Assembly: GCA_963763775.1 (NCBI GenBank)
Contig: CAVXPZ010000001.1
Location: forward strand, 1,024,001 to 1,088,000
Length of the DNA: 64,000 nt
Source of the DNA: an uncultured Chloroflexia bacterium
Lineage (GTDB): Bacteria > Chloroflexota > Limnocylindria > Limnocylindrales > CSP1-4
Direction of reading: 5' to 3'
The position numbers were made by a program, and so were the translations under genes. The notes beneath the pieces were generated by a model. The model was not told the DNA's origin. It saw only the letters and a list, made by a program, of their open reading frames with translations, and did not search any database. Below are positions 18,693 through 28,302 of this stretch, in pieces. The first letter of the stretch is position 1, and every line of letters begins with the position of its first letter.

Positions 18693-19100
18693 ATGGCCAG
18701 CGGCAGTGGCACACGCGAGGATCCCTGGGACCTGACGACCGCGCCCGGGACGTCGGGCTACCAGATGTGGCGCGACGAGGCCGCCGACCCGCCGGCGCTC
18801 GTCTGTCAGGTCGGCGGCACGCAGCTCCGCTACCAGCTCCGCTGCATCGACGACCTCCACGCGATGCTCAAGGCGCACGGCGACTGGATGCCGCTGGGCG
18901 GCGCCGACGAGCAGAAGCCGGCGCCCGACGGCAGCGTCGAGGCGTGGGGGCGCGCCGAGGGGAACCCGGTCGGCGGGTGGTACGGGCTGAAGAAGGGGCT
19001 CCGCGGCCGGTTCGGCGTCTACCTGCCGCCGCTGCTCGAGGCGCTCGGTCTCGCCGAACTCACGCACGACGCCAAGAACAACCGGATGCGCGCCATCTGA
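18693..19100 (+). CDS. Conserved hypothetical protein (DUF6855-like)
   Basis: GTREDPWDLTTAPG...NPVGGWYGLKKGLRGRFG...NNRMRAI; AGGAGG RBS. Confidence 0.75.
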   Translation: MASGSGTREDPWDLTTAPGTSGYQMWRDEAADPPALVCQVGGTQLRYQLRCIDDLHAMLKAHGDWMPLGGADEQKPAPDGSVEAWGRAEGNPVGGWYGLKKGLRGRFGVYLPPLLEALGLAELTHDAKNNRMRAI

Positions 19101-19483
19101 TGTCCCGGCCGAACGCCGCCCGATCCCGAGGCCGGGCTCCCGCGCCGGCCCGATCGCCTGGTGGATCGCCGACCCGGGCTGGCGGCGACCCGTTCGATGC
19201 GCTCGGCGATCCGAACCGTCGAGCGATCGTGGAGCTGCTCCGCCCCGGCGGGCGGTCCGTCCAGGACCTCGCCGACGCGCTGCCGATCAGTCGGCCCGCC
19301 GTCTCGCGCCATCTGCGGCTCCTGAAGGACGCGGGGCTCGTCGTCGAGGAGCCCCGCGGGACCCGCCGCATCTACCGACTGCACGACGCCGGCGTGGAGG
19401 CGGTCCGCGAGTACCTCGAGCGGGTCTGGGGCGACGCCGCCGGACGGTTCCGGCTGGTCGCCGAGAACCGGCGCCGACCGTGA
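19100..19483 (+). CDS. ArsR/SmtB family transcriptional regulator
   Basis: FDALGDPNRRAI, ISRPAVSRHLRLLKDAGLV, GTRRIYRL. Confidence 0.92.
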   Translation: MSRPNAARSRGRAPAPARSPGGSPTRAGGDPFDALGDPNRRAIVELLRPGGRSVQDLADALPISRPAVSRHLRLLKDAGLVVEEPRGTRRIYRLHDAGVEAVREYLERVWGDAAGRFRLVAENRRRP

Positions 19484-19971
19484 TCGACCCGATCCGCCTC
19501 TCCTTCGAGGTCCGCTGCCCGCCGGAGCAGGCCTTCGAGACGTGGACGGCGCTGATCGACACGTGGTGGCCGCACGACCACACGGTCACGGCTGCGGACG
19601 AGCTCGCCGTCGTCCTCGAGCCGCGGCCCGGCGGTCGCATCTACGAGCGGACCGGCGCGGGCGACGAGTATGAGTGGGGCGAGGTGACCGTCTGGGAGCC
19701 GCCGACGCGGTTCGGCTACCTCTGGCACCTGCGACGGGACCGCGCGGATGCGACCGATGTCGAGGTGCGGTTCGTCGACGCGGGCGACGGGTCGACGACG
19801 GTCGAGATCGTCCACAGCGGCTGGGAGCGCCTGGGCGCCGAGGGCGAGCCGTGGCGCGACCGCAACCACGGCGGATGGGCCACCCTCCTCCCGCACTTCG
19901 TCGAGGCCGCGGAGCGCGCCAGCCAGGGCGACGCGGACTCAGCCCAGGGCGTCGAGCACCGCGTCGGATAA
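19480..19971 (+). CDS. SRPBCC/AHSA1 domain protein
   Basis: AFETWT..WWP, GEVTVWEPP, TTVEIVHSGWE, GGW. Confidence 0.88.
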   Translation: MIDPIRLSFEVRCPPEQAFETWTALIDTWWPHDHTVTAADELAVVLEPRPGGRIYERTGAGDEYEWGEVTVWEPPTRFGYLWHLRRDRADATDVEVRFVDAGDGSTTVEIVHSGWERLGAEGEPWRDRNHGGWATLLPHFVEAAERASQGDADSAQGVEHRVG

Positions 19972-20772
19972 CGCCGGCCAGGCGTCCAGCGCCCATGGCC
20001 CGAACTCGCGGTCCGTCAGGACGACGAGCGCGATATCCGCCTCCGGGTCGGCCCACACGAACGTACCGGCCCCGCCGAAGTGGCCGTACGTGGCCGGGCT
20101 TGCCCGCTCGCCCATCCAGTGCGGCGACTTGCCGCCATGGAGCTCGGGTCCCAGCGCCCAGTCGCACGGGGCGAAGTTGCCGACACCCGGCACGACCCCC
20201 GCGAGTCCCGGGAAGGCGACCGTCGTGGCCGCCACGACGGTCGACGGCGCCAGCAAGGTGGGACGCAGGAGCTCGCCCGCAAAGGCGGCCATGTCGTCCA
20301 CGGACCCATCGAGGCCCTGCGACGGCCGGTCGACCAGGCGGGTCCGGCCCATCCCGAGCGGCTCGAGGACGTCGGACCGGACGATCGCCTCGAACGATCC
20401 GGGCGCCTCGCCACGCGACTCCGCCACGAGCCGACCGAGGGCGTCGTACCCCGGGTTCGAGTAGATCCGGCGACGGCCCGGTGCGGAGATCGGCGTCTCG
20501 CCCTCGAACGGCAGACCCGAGGCGTGGGCCAGCAGGTGGCGCACGGTCGCCCCGGGCGGCCCGGCCGGCGCGTCGAGATCGAGCTCGCCCCGGTCGGCGG
20601 CCATCAGGACGCTCCACGCGGTCACGAGCTTGGTCAATGAAGCGAGCCGGAAGACCTGCCCAGGATCGCCGTGACGCGCCACGACACCATCCGGGCCGAC
20701 CACGGCGGCGGCCGCGTGGGTCGCACCCCAGTCGTCGACGCGGGCCAGGACGCTTGCGAGCCGGTCGGTCAT
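19939..20772 (-). CDS. Serine hydrolase (beta-lactamase family)
   Basis: ASLTK (SxxK), LLAHASG, YSN, GHFG. Confidence 0.92.
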   Translation of the reverse strand: MTDRLASVLARVDDWGATHAAAAVVGPDGVVARHGDPGQVFRLASLTKLVTAWSVLMAADRGELDLDAPAGPPGATVRHLLAHASGLPFEGETPISAPGRRRIYSNPGYDALGRLVAESRGEAPGSFEAIVRSDVLEPLGMGRTRLVDRPSQGLDGSVDDMAAFAGELLRPTLLAPSTVVAATTVAFPGLAGVVPGVGNFAPCDWALGPELHGGKSPHWMGERASPATYGHFGGAGTFVWADPEADIALVVLTDREFGPWALDAWPALSDAVLDALG

Positions 20773-20912
20773 GACCGGGATGCTACCGGCAGGACGGCGT
20801 CGACGGCCTCGGCGGCCCGGGCCGGCCCGCGGCGCGACGAACGCGAGCGGGACCTCCGGCGAGGGCCACCCGCCCGACCGTCGGGTGGCCGGACTTGCCC
20901 AGGGGCGTCACC

Positions 20913-22528
20913 ATGTCGACGTGTCGTCCGGCTGCCTCCCGAAGATCGCGCCGCCCTCCCTCATCCTCGGGCTGCTCGCCGCCGCGCTGATCTGGCCGGC
21001 GAGCGTGTCGGCGAACGAGTTCCCGTCGGGCCATACCGCGTACCACACGTACACCGAGGTGGGCACCGAGGTCGCGGCCGTCGCGGCCGCCCACCCAGAT
21101 ATCGTCAAGCGGTTCTCGATCGGCCAGAGCTACAAGGGCCGAGAGCTCTGGGCCGCGAAGATCTCCGACAACGTGGCGACGGACGAGAACGAGCCCGAGG
21201 TGCTGTTCGACGGCGGCACCCATTCCGATGAGCACATGGGCGTCGAGATGTCGCTGCGGATCCTGCACTGGCTCGCCGACGGCTACGGCACCGACGCGCG
21301 CATCACGAACATCGTGAACAGCCGCGAGATCTGGATCGTGTTCATGGTGAACCCCGACGGCGCCGAGTACGACATCTCGGGCGGCAAGTTCCACTACTGG
21401 CGCAAGAACCGCCAGCCGACCCCCGGCACGACCTCCATCGGGACCGACCTCAACCGGAACTTCGGCTATCGATGGGGCGGCGGCGGCCGGACCAGCTCGA
21501 ACCCGCAGGCGATCACGTACCGCGGCCCGAAGGCGTTCTCGTCGCCCGAGACCCGCGCCATGCGCGACTTCCTCGCCAGCCGGGTCGTCGGCGGTCGCCA
21601 GCAGATCCGTGCCGCCCTCTCGTTCCACGAGTCCGGCCGACTGATCCTGTGGCCGTACGGCTACACGCTGACGAACATCCCCTCCGACATGACCGTCGAC
21701 GATCACGCGGCGCTGGCCAAGATCGCGAAGCACATGGCCGCGTCCAACGGCTACCGGCCCGAACAGGCGAGCGACCTGTATGTCAGCTCCGGGACCACGC
21801 GCGACTTCGAGTACGGCACCTACCGGATCTTCTCGTACACCGTCGAGCTGTCCGTCACGGATTACCCGGGCGACGCGAAGATCGCCACCGAGACCGGCCG
21901 GAACAAGGAGGCGGTGCTCTGGTTCATGGAGCAGGCGTGGTGCCCGCTCGGCATCCTCGGGGCGACGGTGCGCACAGCCCGGTGCGGCGCGTTCGACGAC
22001 GACCTCGAAGTCGGGCGCGGGTGGGCCGTGAACCCGGACGGCACCGACACGGCGCCCGCATCCGGACGGTTCGTCCGTGCGAACCCCGCGACGACGACCT
22101 CGTCCGGGACGAAGCAGCGCGGCACGACGACGTCCGGCTCGAAGGCGTTCGTCACCGGCGCCCCGGCCGGGTCCACGCCGAAGTCGCACGACCTCGACGG
22201 GCGGACGACGGTGCGCTCGCCGGTCATCGCCCTCCCGGCGACGACGGGCCAGCGGCTGACCTTCCGGTACGTGTTCGCGCACGACGCGGCATCGACCTCG
22301 GCCGACGGGCTCAAGGCGATCGTCGAGCGTGGTGACGGGTCGACCACCACGGTGTGGAGCGTCGCCGGGAGCGCCCACGACCTCGATGGCGCCTGGCGGA
22401 CCGCGTCCGTCCCGATGGACGCCTTCGCCGGCGAGTCGGTGCGCATCCGGTTCGTGGCGACCGACGGCGGACCCTCGAACCTCGTCGAGGTCGAGATCGA
22501 CGATGTGCGAGTGACGCGCGGCTCGTAG
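20913..22528 (+). CDS. Secreted M14 zinc carboxypeptidase with C-terminal beta domain (start uncertain; probable 5' frameshift)
   Basis: Signal-like segment, HSDE (HxxE), NPDG, WRKNR, DLNRNF, SFHE, YTVEL. Confidence 0.88.
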
Positions 22529-22584
22529 CGGCGGGTCCTGCCGGTCGTCACCGACCCGTCACGAACCACGGCTAGACTCCGGGC

Positions 22585-23262
22585 ATGAGGTTCTTCCAGT
22601 CCACCCCCAAGTCCATCCCCTCCCCCGCCGAGACGCTGCCCGGCCGAACCGAGCCGATCATGACGCCAGGCATCCACACGATCCTCGGCACGCCCCTCGC
22701 CGGTCCGTGGCCCGAGGGCACCAAGACCGCGATCTTCGGCCTCGGCTGCTTCTGGGGTGACGAGAAGGACTTCTGGCAGCTGCCCGGTGTCGTGACGACG
22801 GCCGTCGGCTATGCGGGCGGGACGACGCCCAATCCGACCTACAACGAGACCTGCACCGGCCGGACCGGCCATGCGGAGGTCGTCCTCGTCGCGTACGACC
22901 CCTCGCGGATCACGTATGAGCAGCTCCTGAAGACCTTCTGGGAGCACCACGATCCGACGCAGGGAATGCGCCAGGGCAACGACGTCGGGACGCAGTACAG
23001 GTCGATCATCCTCACCGCCGACGACGAGCAGCGGGCCGCCGCCGAGGCGTCCAAGGCGATGTTCCAGGACCAGCTCACGAAGGCGGGCTACGGCCAGATC
23101 AAGACTGAGATCGTCGACGCCGCCTCGAACCCGTTCTACTACGCCGAGGACTACCACCAGCAGTATCTCGACAAGAATCCCCGGGGTTACTGCCCCAACC
23201 ACGCAACCGGCGTAAAGCTACCCGACGACTTCGCGGTCACACCGCTCCAGTACGTGGACTAG
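22585..23262 (+). CDS. msrA: Peptide-methionine (S)-S-oxide reductase
   Basis: [39 protein letters not shown]. Confidence 0.97.
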   Translation: MRFFQSTPKSIPSPAETLPGRTEPIMTPGIHTILGTPLAGPWPEGTKTAIFGLGCFWGDEKDFWQLPGVVTTAVGYAGGTTPNPTYNETCTGRTGHAEVVLVAYDPSRITYEQLLKTFWEHHDPTQGMRQGNDVGTQYRSIILTADDEQRAAAEASKAMFQDQLTKAGYGQIKTEIVDAASNPFYYAEDYHQQYLDKNPRGYCPNHATGVKLPDDFAVTPLQYVD

Positions 23263-23304
23263 CAACCTCCTTCCGCCTGTGACAATGGATGAGGGGGGCT
23301 GCGA

Positions 23305-23670
23305 GTGGAGGCGAAGCGGTCGATACGGTTTCCCCGCAAGCTCTGGCTCGCGGTCGGCCTGGTTGTCGTCGGTGTCCTCCTTCTGGCGCAGAACTCGACG
23401 GTTCTTGTTCCGAACGTGGACTCCTACGTCGTGGTCAACGCGCGCACCATCGCACTGAAGGTCGCCGTCGCCCCGTGTAGCTGGACGCGGGTCACCAACG
23501 TCGCGGAATCCCCCACCGTCGTCCAGGTCAAAGTCGAGACGTGGCCCTGCCCGATCCCGCTCCCCGGCACGGGCGAGCTGGCCGCTCAAGACCTGACGGT
23601 CCTGCTCGCCGCCGACCTCGCCGGGCGGGACGTCCAAGACGCAAACGGGCAAGCGGTTCCTTCGCGGTAG
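23305..23670 (+). CDS. Hypothetical exported/membrane-anchored protein (cassette 1 cargo)
   Basis: N-terminal TM segment, two Cys; codon usage less GC-biased than the host. Confidence 0.65.
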   Translation: MEAKRSIRFPRKLWLAVGLVVVGVLLLAQNSTVLVPNVDSYVVVNARTIALKVAVAPCSWTRVTNVAESPTVVQVKVETWPCPIPLPGTGELAAQDLTVLLAADLAGRDVQDANGQAVPSR

Positions 23671-23682
23671 GCGGAAATGGCA

Positions 23683-23789
23683 CCGGCAGCAGTCTCGCTG
23701 AGGATCCCCGTGGTTACTGCCCCAACCACGCGACCGGCGTAAAGCTCCCCGATGACTTCGTGGTGACGCCGCTCCAGTACGTGGACTAG
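23683..23789 (+). repeat. Copy 2 of msrA 3' end
   Basis: 23703-23789 matches msrA 23176-23262 at 79/87 nt by manual alignment; reads [28 protein letters not shown]. Confidence 0.95.
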
Positions 23790-23816
23790 TCGACCCCCAT
23801 CACTACACTCGGGGAC

Positions 23817-24182
23817 ATGAAAGCGACACCGTTCGTCCGCCTCGCCGAGATCGACATCGACCCGGCACAGCGCGAGGCGTTCAACTCGGCGGTCAAGGAA
23901 GAGATGGACGAGTCGGTTCGAGTCGAGCCGGGCGTGTTGGCCCTCTATGCCGTAGCCGAGAAGGACGACCCGTCCCGCCTGCGATTCTTCGAGATCTACG
24001 CCGACGAAGCGGCGTACGACAGGCACCTGGAGTCGCCCCACTTTCGGAAGTACCGAGCAACCACCGAGCCGATGATCCGGTCGCGTACGTTGACCGAGAC
24101 CATCCCGATCCAACTCAGCTCGAAGCCGAATTGGCAGCAGGATCAGGGAGATGACAAAGCCCGCCGGCAGCAGTCTCGCTGA
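23817..24182 (+). CDS. Putative quinol monooxygenase (ABM family; cassette 2 cargo)
   Basis: EPGVLALY, FFEIYADEAAYDRHLESPHF; TACACT 7 nt before ATG; stop lies inside the repeat junction. Confidence 0.9.
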   Translation: MKATPFVRLAEIDIDPAQREAFNSAVKEEMDESVRVEPGVLALYAVAEKDDPSRLRFFEIYADEAAYDRHLESPHFRKYRATTEPMIRSRTLTETIPIQLSSKPNWQQDQGDDKARRQQSR

Positions 24183-24269
24183 GAATCCGAACGGCTACGG
24201 CCCCAACCACGCGACGGGCGTTCGGCTGCCGGACGGCTTCGGGTCACGCCGCTGCAGTACGTCGACCAA
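24164..24269 (+). repeat. Copy 3 of msrA 3' end (decayed)
   Basis: About 77% identical to the msrA tail by manual alignment; NPNGYGPNHATGVRLPDGF-(1-nt deletion)-VTPLQYVD; stop changed to CAA. Confidence 0.9.
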
Positions 24270-24444
24270 CGCCCGATCCTGTCGAGCCCGATCGTCAGCG
24301 GTCAACGCCAGGCCGTGAACTTCGCGGCTTGATCCGCCAGGTTCACTCCGTCCGCCGGACGCGCCTCTGCGAAGATGCAGGGAGCGTGCCCGGGTGCGTC
24401 GACGAACGTCGGCGTCCTTCGCCCGTCGACGCCCTGGAGGGCCG

Positions 24445-25299
24445 ATGACTGGATCACTGCTGGTTCATCCCGCGGCGGACGAGACCGCGTTCGCGAACAG
24501 CGGTGGCATCCGCATCGCATGGCGCCGATATGGAGATGGTCCCGAGACGATCCTCCTCCTGCCGACGTGGAACTTCGTCGACTCCCGCGTCCAGCGCCAC
24601 CAGGTGGACGCGCTCCGTGATCAATTCCGAGTGCTGACGTACGACGCACGCGGGTCCGGCCAAAGCGACCATCCCTCGGCCGGATACCGCTTCGCAGACC
24701 ACCTCGAGGACGCGCTCGCGGTGCTCGACGCGACCCAGACGGCGGCCGCATCCGTCGTGGCGGCGTCAAGAGGCACACACGTCGCGGTCCTGCTCGCGAC
24801 CGGACATCTCGATCGCGTGCATCGCATGGTCCTGGTCGCACCCGCGATCGACGTTCCGGCCGACGACCAGCTTGTGGCGCCGACGGAGACGGAGGACGAA
24901 CCCGACTGGCGGACCGACTACGCAGCGTTCGTTCACTGGTTCATCTCCACGGCGTTCCCGGAACCTGGCCAGGAGACGACGATCGCGGAGATCGTGAAGA
25001 TCGCCCTGGGCGCCGACCATGCGATGCTGCTCCAGCAAGGCACGGAACTCGACTGGGACGAGGCCCCGCGTCGTCTCAAGGACGTACGCTGCCCGACGCT
25101 CGTGATCCATGGGACCGCAGATCGGACGCTAGACGTGGACTCGGTGAAGGCCGTCGCGTCGTCGATCCCCGGCGCGGACCTCGTGCTACTCGACGGCCTG
25201 GGCCATCGTCCCGATATCAGTCGGCCGGCCATCGTCAACCCGATCCTCGCCGACTTCCTGGGTACCGCGCCATCGGCCGTGTCTGCTCCGGGTAGCTGA
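24445..25299 (+). CDS. Alpha/beta hydrolase
   Basis: YDARGSG, AASRG nucleophile elbow, TLVIHGTAD, GH; GGAGG RBS. Confidence 0.9.
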   Translation: MTGSLLVHPAADETAFANSGGIRIAWRRYGDGPETILLLPTWNFVDSRVQRHQVDALRDQFRVLTYDARGSGQSDHPSAGYRFADHLEDALAVLDATQTAAASVVAASRGTHVAVLLATGHLDRVHRMVLVAPAIDVPADDQLVAPTETEDEPDWRTDYAAFVHWFISTAFPEPGQETTIAEIVKIALGADHAMLLQQGTELDWDEAPRRLKDVRCPTLVIHGTADRTLDVDSVKAVASSIPGADLVLLDGLGHRPDISRPAIVNPILADFLGTAPSAVSAPGS

Positions 25300-25358
25300 G
25301 GACCGGATCCGTGCGTGAGCGATCTGCTGGCGGACGCCGCGGCGTACGTCGGGTAGGC

Positions 25359-25760
25359 CTATGCGGGTGGTCGCCCGACCTGGCGCGCGTAGTCAGCTGC
25401 GTCGAACCAGCCTCGGGACGACCTGACCAGGTACTCCGCGTCGACGTCCCACTCTTCCCAGCCGGGGATCCGTAGCGCGTTGCCGGTCGTCACGGCGGTC
25501 CCGGTGAAGGTCCACAGGTAGGCGACGTGGTCGCCGGCGATGCGCAGGCCGTCGCAGACGAGGGCGAGATCGGGCACGTCGGCGAAGAAGCCCGCAGCCA
25601 TCTCTGCGACCCCGGTCCGACCCTCCCAGAGGCGACCGCGGTTGATGACGATCCCGCCGTCCGGGGCATAGAACTGCGCGACAGCCTCGGCGGATCCTGA
25701 GTTCCACGCCGCGGTGTACGCGTCCGCGACCTGGCGCATCCGGTCGTGATCGATGGTCAT
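25359..25760 (-). CDS. SnoaL/NTF2-like protein
   Basis: YTAAWNSG...YAPDG...WTFTGT...GWEEW. Confidence 0.85.
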   Translation of the reverse strand: MTIDHDRMRQVADAYTAAWNSGSAEAVAQFYAPDGGIVINRGRLWEGRTGVAEMAAGFFADVPDLALVCDGLRIAGDHVAYLWTFTGTAVTTGNALRIPGWEEWDVDAEYLVRSSRGWFDAADYARQVGRPPA

Positions 25761-25780
25761 CGTCGTGTCCCCTCTGGTTC

Positions 25781-26341
25781 TTACTCGGTGGCGTAGCCCA
25801 GGTACGTCACGCCCGATGAGAACGTGCGGGTGTCGGTGAGGCGTAGGCGGATCGGCGCGTCGAGGGGCGGGAGGTACGGCGTCCCGGACCCGAGGATGAC
25901 CGGGTGCACGACCAGCTCGTACCGGTCGACCAGGCCCCGCCTGATGAACGCGGACGCCAGGGTCGGACCGCCGACCTCGAAATCACCGTCGAGCTCGGTG
26001 CGCAGCCGTGCGAGCTCCTCACCGACGTCGCCACGGACCAGCCGGCTGTTCCAGTCGACCGACGTCAGCGTGGATGAGAAGACGAACTTGGGGATGCCCA
26101 GCCAGAGGCGCCCGAACTCGCGCATGGGCTCGGTCGCGGCGGGGTCGTCCTGGGCCGTCGGCCAGTACGCCGACATCAGCTCGTACAACCTGCGGCCATA
26201 GAGCGAAGCGGCGAGGCCGCGCGCCCGATCGGTGAACCAGGTGAGGAGCTCGTCGTCGTTGACCCCCCAGTCGACCGAGTGGTCCGTGGTCTCGATGAAC
26301 CCGTCAAGCGAAACGTTGAGGGTGTAGATCAGCCTGCCCAT
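25781..26341 (-). CDS. Dihydrofolate reductase-like (RibD C-terminal) protein
   Basis: VSLDGF, GRRLYE, KFVFSSTL, GGPTLA, LVDRY..HPVILGSG. Confidence 0.92.
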   Translation of the reverse strand: MGRLIYTLNVSLDGFIETTDHSVDWGVNDDELLTWFTDRARGLAASLYGRRLYELMSAYWPTAQDDPAATEPMREFGRLWLGIPKFVFSSTLTSVDWNSRLVRGDVGEELARLRTELDGDFEVGGPTLASAFIRRGLVDRYELVVHPVILGSGTPYLPPLDAPIRLRLTDTRTFSSGVTYLGYATE

Positions 26342-26421
26342 CCGCGCCTCCGTGTGGTCACGTCGTCTGCCGCGATGGACGACAGGAGGTCGAGCTTAGA
26401 GGCTGCCGTCCGGGGACCGGA

Positions 26422-27340
26422 TCAGTCGCCAAGCGTGAGAGCGAACTTGCCGGCGACCTCGCGGTCCTGCAGCCGCTGCATGGCCCCCTCGATCTCCTCC
26501 CACGGCGATGCCCCGGCCAGTTGCGGATCCAGCTTGCCCTCGCCCACGAGGGTCGCGAGGTATCCGAGGTCGCGACCGAACGGCTCGTCCCCGAAGAACA
26601 GTTCGAATCCCTGGAGGCGAACGAGACCGTCGTTGAAGACGTCCCTGACGTCGAAGGTGGTCGGCTCGCTGGAGCTGTTGCCGAACATGACGAGCGTCCC
26701 ATCAGGGTCGACGATCGTGACGAGCCGGCCGAGCGTCGCGCCTCCCACCGACTCAAGGATCAGGTCGAACCGGCCGCGGAGCTGCCCGATGTCTGCCACG
26801 ACCTCGTCGGCCCCGAGGTCCCGAAGGCCCGCCGACCGCGCCGAACCCTCGCTGACCAGTGCCGTGACCTCCGCGCCACCCAGGTGGGCCAGCTGGATCG
26901 CGAACCGGCCCACCCCGCCGGAGGCGCCCGTGATGAGGACGCGTCGCCCGAGGATGGCGGGTCCCGAGCCTGAGCATCCGTAACGCGGCCAGACCGGCGG
27001 TCGGGATCGCGGCCCCCTGGGCGAAGGACACGGCGTCGGGCAGCTCGGCGATCGAGCCCGGCGCCACCGCGACGCGCTCCGCCCACGTGCCACCTTGCCG
27101 GATCCCGACGACTCTCGTACCGGCTCGCAGACCCCCGTCGATGTCGACCTGGAGCGTGCCCGCAAAGTCCCATCCCGGACGCCATCCATCCGGCTTTCGC
27201 CGGAGCAACCCCAGCTCGCCGCGATTGATCGAGAACGCACGAACGGCGACGGGCACCTCGCCGGGCGCCACGACCGGCTCCGCAACGTCGCGCAAGGCGA
27301 TCCTGCCGGGAGCCGAGCTGTCAGCCACGAATGCGCGCAT
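26422..27340 (-). CDS. Zinc-binding dehydrogenase / quinone oxidoreductase (MDR); frameshift near 26965
   Basis: SINRGE, GWDFAG, AAIPTAG, then VLITGASGGVG, DLILESVGG, GK in a second frame. Confidence 0.85.
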
Positions 27341-27460
27341 CGTGTCAGGCCCCCTTAGACGAAGCACGCACGTTCAGACGATCGTACGCCCCAGCAGTGT
27401 GAGCCAGATCCGCCCCGTCGGGGGGGCCGATCGGCGGAGGGGAGGAGCGACAGGAAAGCG

Positions 27461-27489
27461 TTGACGGGCCGAGCCCCGGCGCATAGGCT
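27461..27489 (+). promoter_or_regulatory. Sigma70-type promoter
   Basis: TTGACG (27461-27466), 17 nt, TAGGCT (27484-27489) upstream of the 27548 gene. Confidence 0.6.
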
Positions 27490-27547
27490 CAGGTCGAGGG
27501 CGCTCCGCCGCATGAGCGAGTGCTGCCCACGGGACGGAGGGCTCGCA

Positions 27548-27805
27548 GTGATTCGGCGGATCACCGGCATCATCCTTGGCGTGGTGGCCTTCTTGATCGT
27601 GTACTGGCTCTCTGGCGGATTGGCGACACCGTCCACGCCCAACTGGGCACTGGCGATCCTCGTCGGCCTGGTGGTCGCGCTCATCTGGCCATGGATCATG
27701 GGTCTGATCCTGGTCAGGCGCACCCGGCAGCGCCGGCAGAACGAGATCGACGAGGAAGTCCAGAAGCAGCTCGCGCAGCAGCAGAACAACCCACCAAAGT
27801 CCTGA
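27548..27805 (+). CDS. Small two-TM membrane protein
   Basis: GGAGG then GTG; two hydrophobic helices and a charged tail. Confidence 0.7.
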   Translation: MIRRITGIILGVVAFLIVYWLSGGLATPSTPNWALAILVGLVVALIWPWIMGLILVRRTRQRRQNEIDEEVQKQLAQQQNNPPKS

Positions 27806-27932
27806 TCCCGGCCACGGACGGACACGGGCGGTCGCTGCATCGCGATGACTCGCCCACGAACCCGGAGTCCGGGATTCGGCAGACGGTGACGTCGATCCCG
27901 GCGCCCGCTACGCTACCGGCGGAGGTGTCCCT

Positions 27933-28166
27933 ATGACGGTCCAGGCGGCCTTGGAAGAGGCCATGCACCACGAGACCTCGGCCGGCGTGATGAACGCCCT
28001 CGTCAAGCAGGGCGTATGGATGGCCGACGAAGACACGATGACGGCCGCGATCCACAACGTGTACTGCGGCATCATGGCCGACCACGACCACCCGAACGAG
28101 AAGGACCGCGATCAGGCGCGACAGCTGATCGCCGCGATCGGCCAGTCGAACGAGACCGGGGCCTGA
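27933..28166 (+). CDS. Hypothetical protein
   Basis: 77 aa, GGAGG RBS, host-like codons, H/C-rich segment IHNVYCG..DHDH. Confidence 0.75.
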   Translation: MTVQAALEEAMHHETSAGVMNALVKQGVWMADEDTMTAAIHNVYCGIMADHDHPNEKDRDQARQLIAAIGQSNETGA

Positions 28167-28223
28167 GCCACCGGGACGGATGACGCGGGCGGACCGTCGA
28201 TCCTGACGATCCCACCGAGTACG

Positions 28224-28255
28224 AAGAGACCCTCCCGGGAACGGGAGGGTCTCTT
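28224..28255. terminator. Rho-independent (probably bidirectional) terminator
   Basis: 14-bp stem AAGAGACCCTCCCG / CGGGAGGGTCTCTT with GGAA loop between convergent genes. Confidence 0.85.
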
Positions 28256-28302
28256 GTGTATCTGGCGGTGGGCCGGCTCCGACCGGCGCACCCGACGGAA
28301 CG

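Noticed and set aside
23541-23789. 82-aa ORF ending in an MsrA-like C-terminus
   Set aside because: Chance read-through into tail copy 2; its N-terminal part is an alternative frame of the cargo gene
23150-24269. CRISPR array or classical integron interpretation of the msrA repeats
   Set aside because: Repeats are ~100-nt coding tails separated by whole genes; no cas or intI genes and no attC-like GTTRRRY palindromes seen
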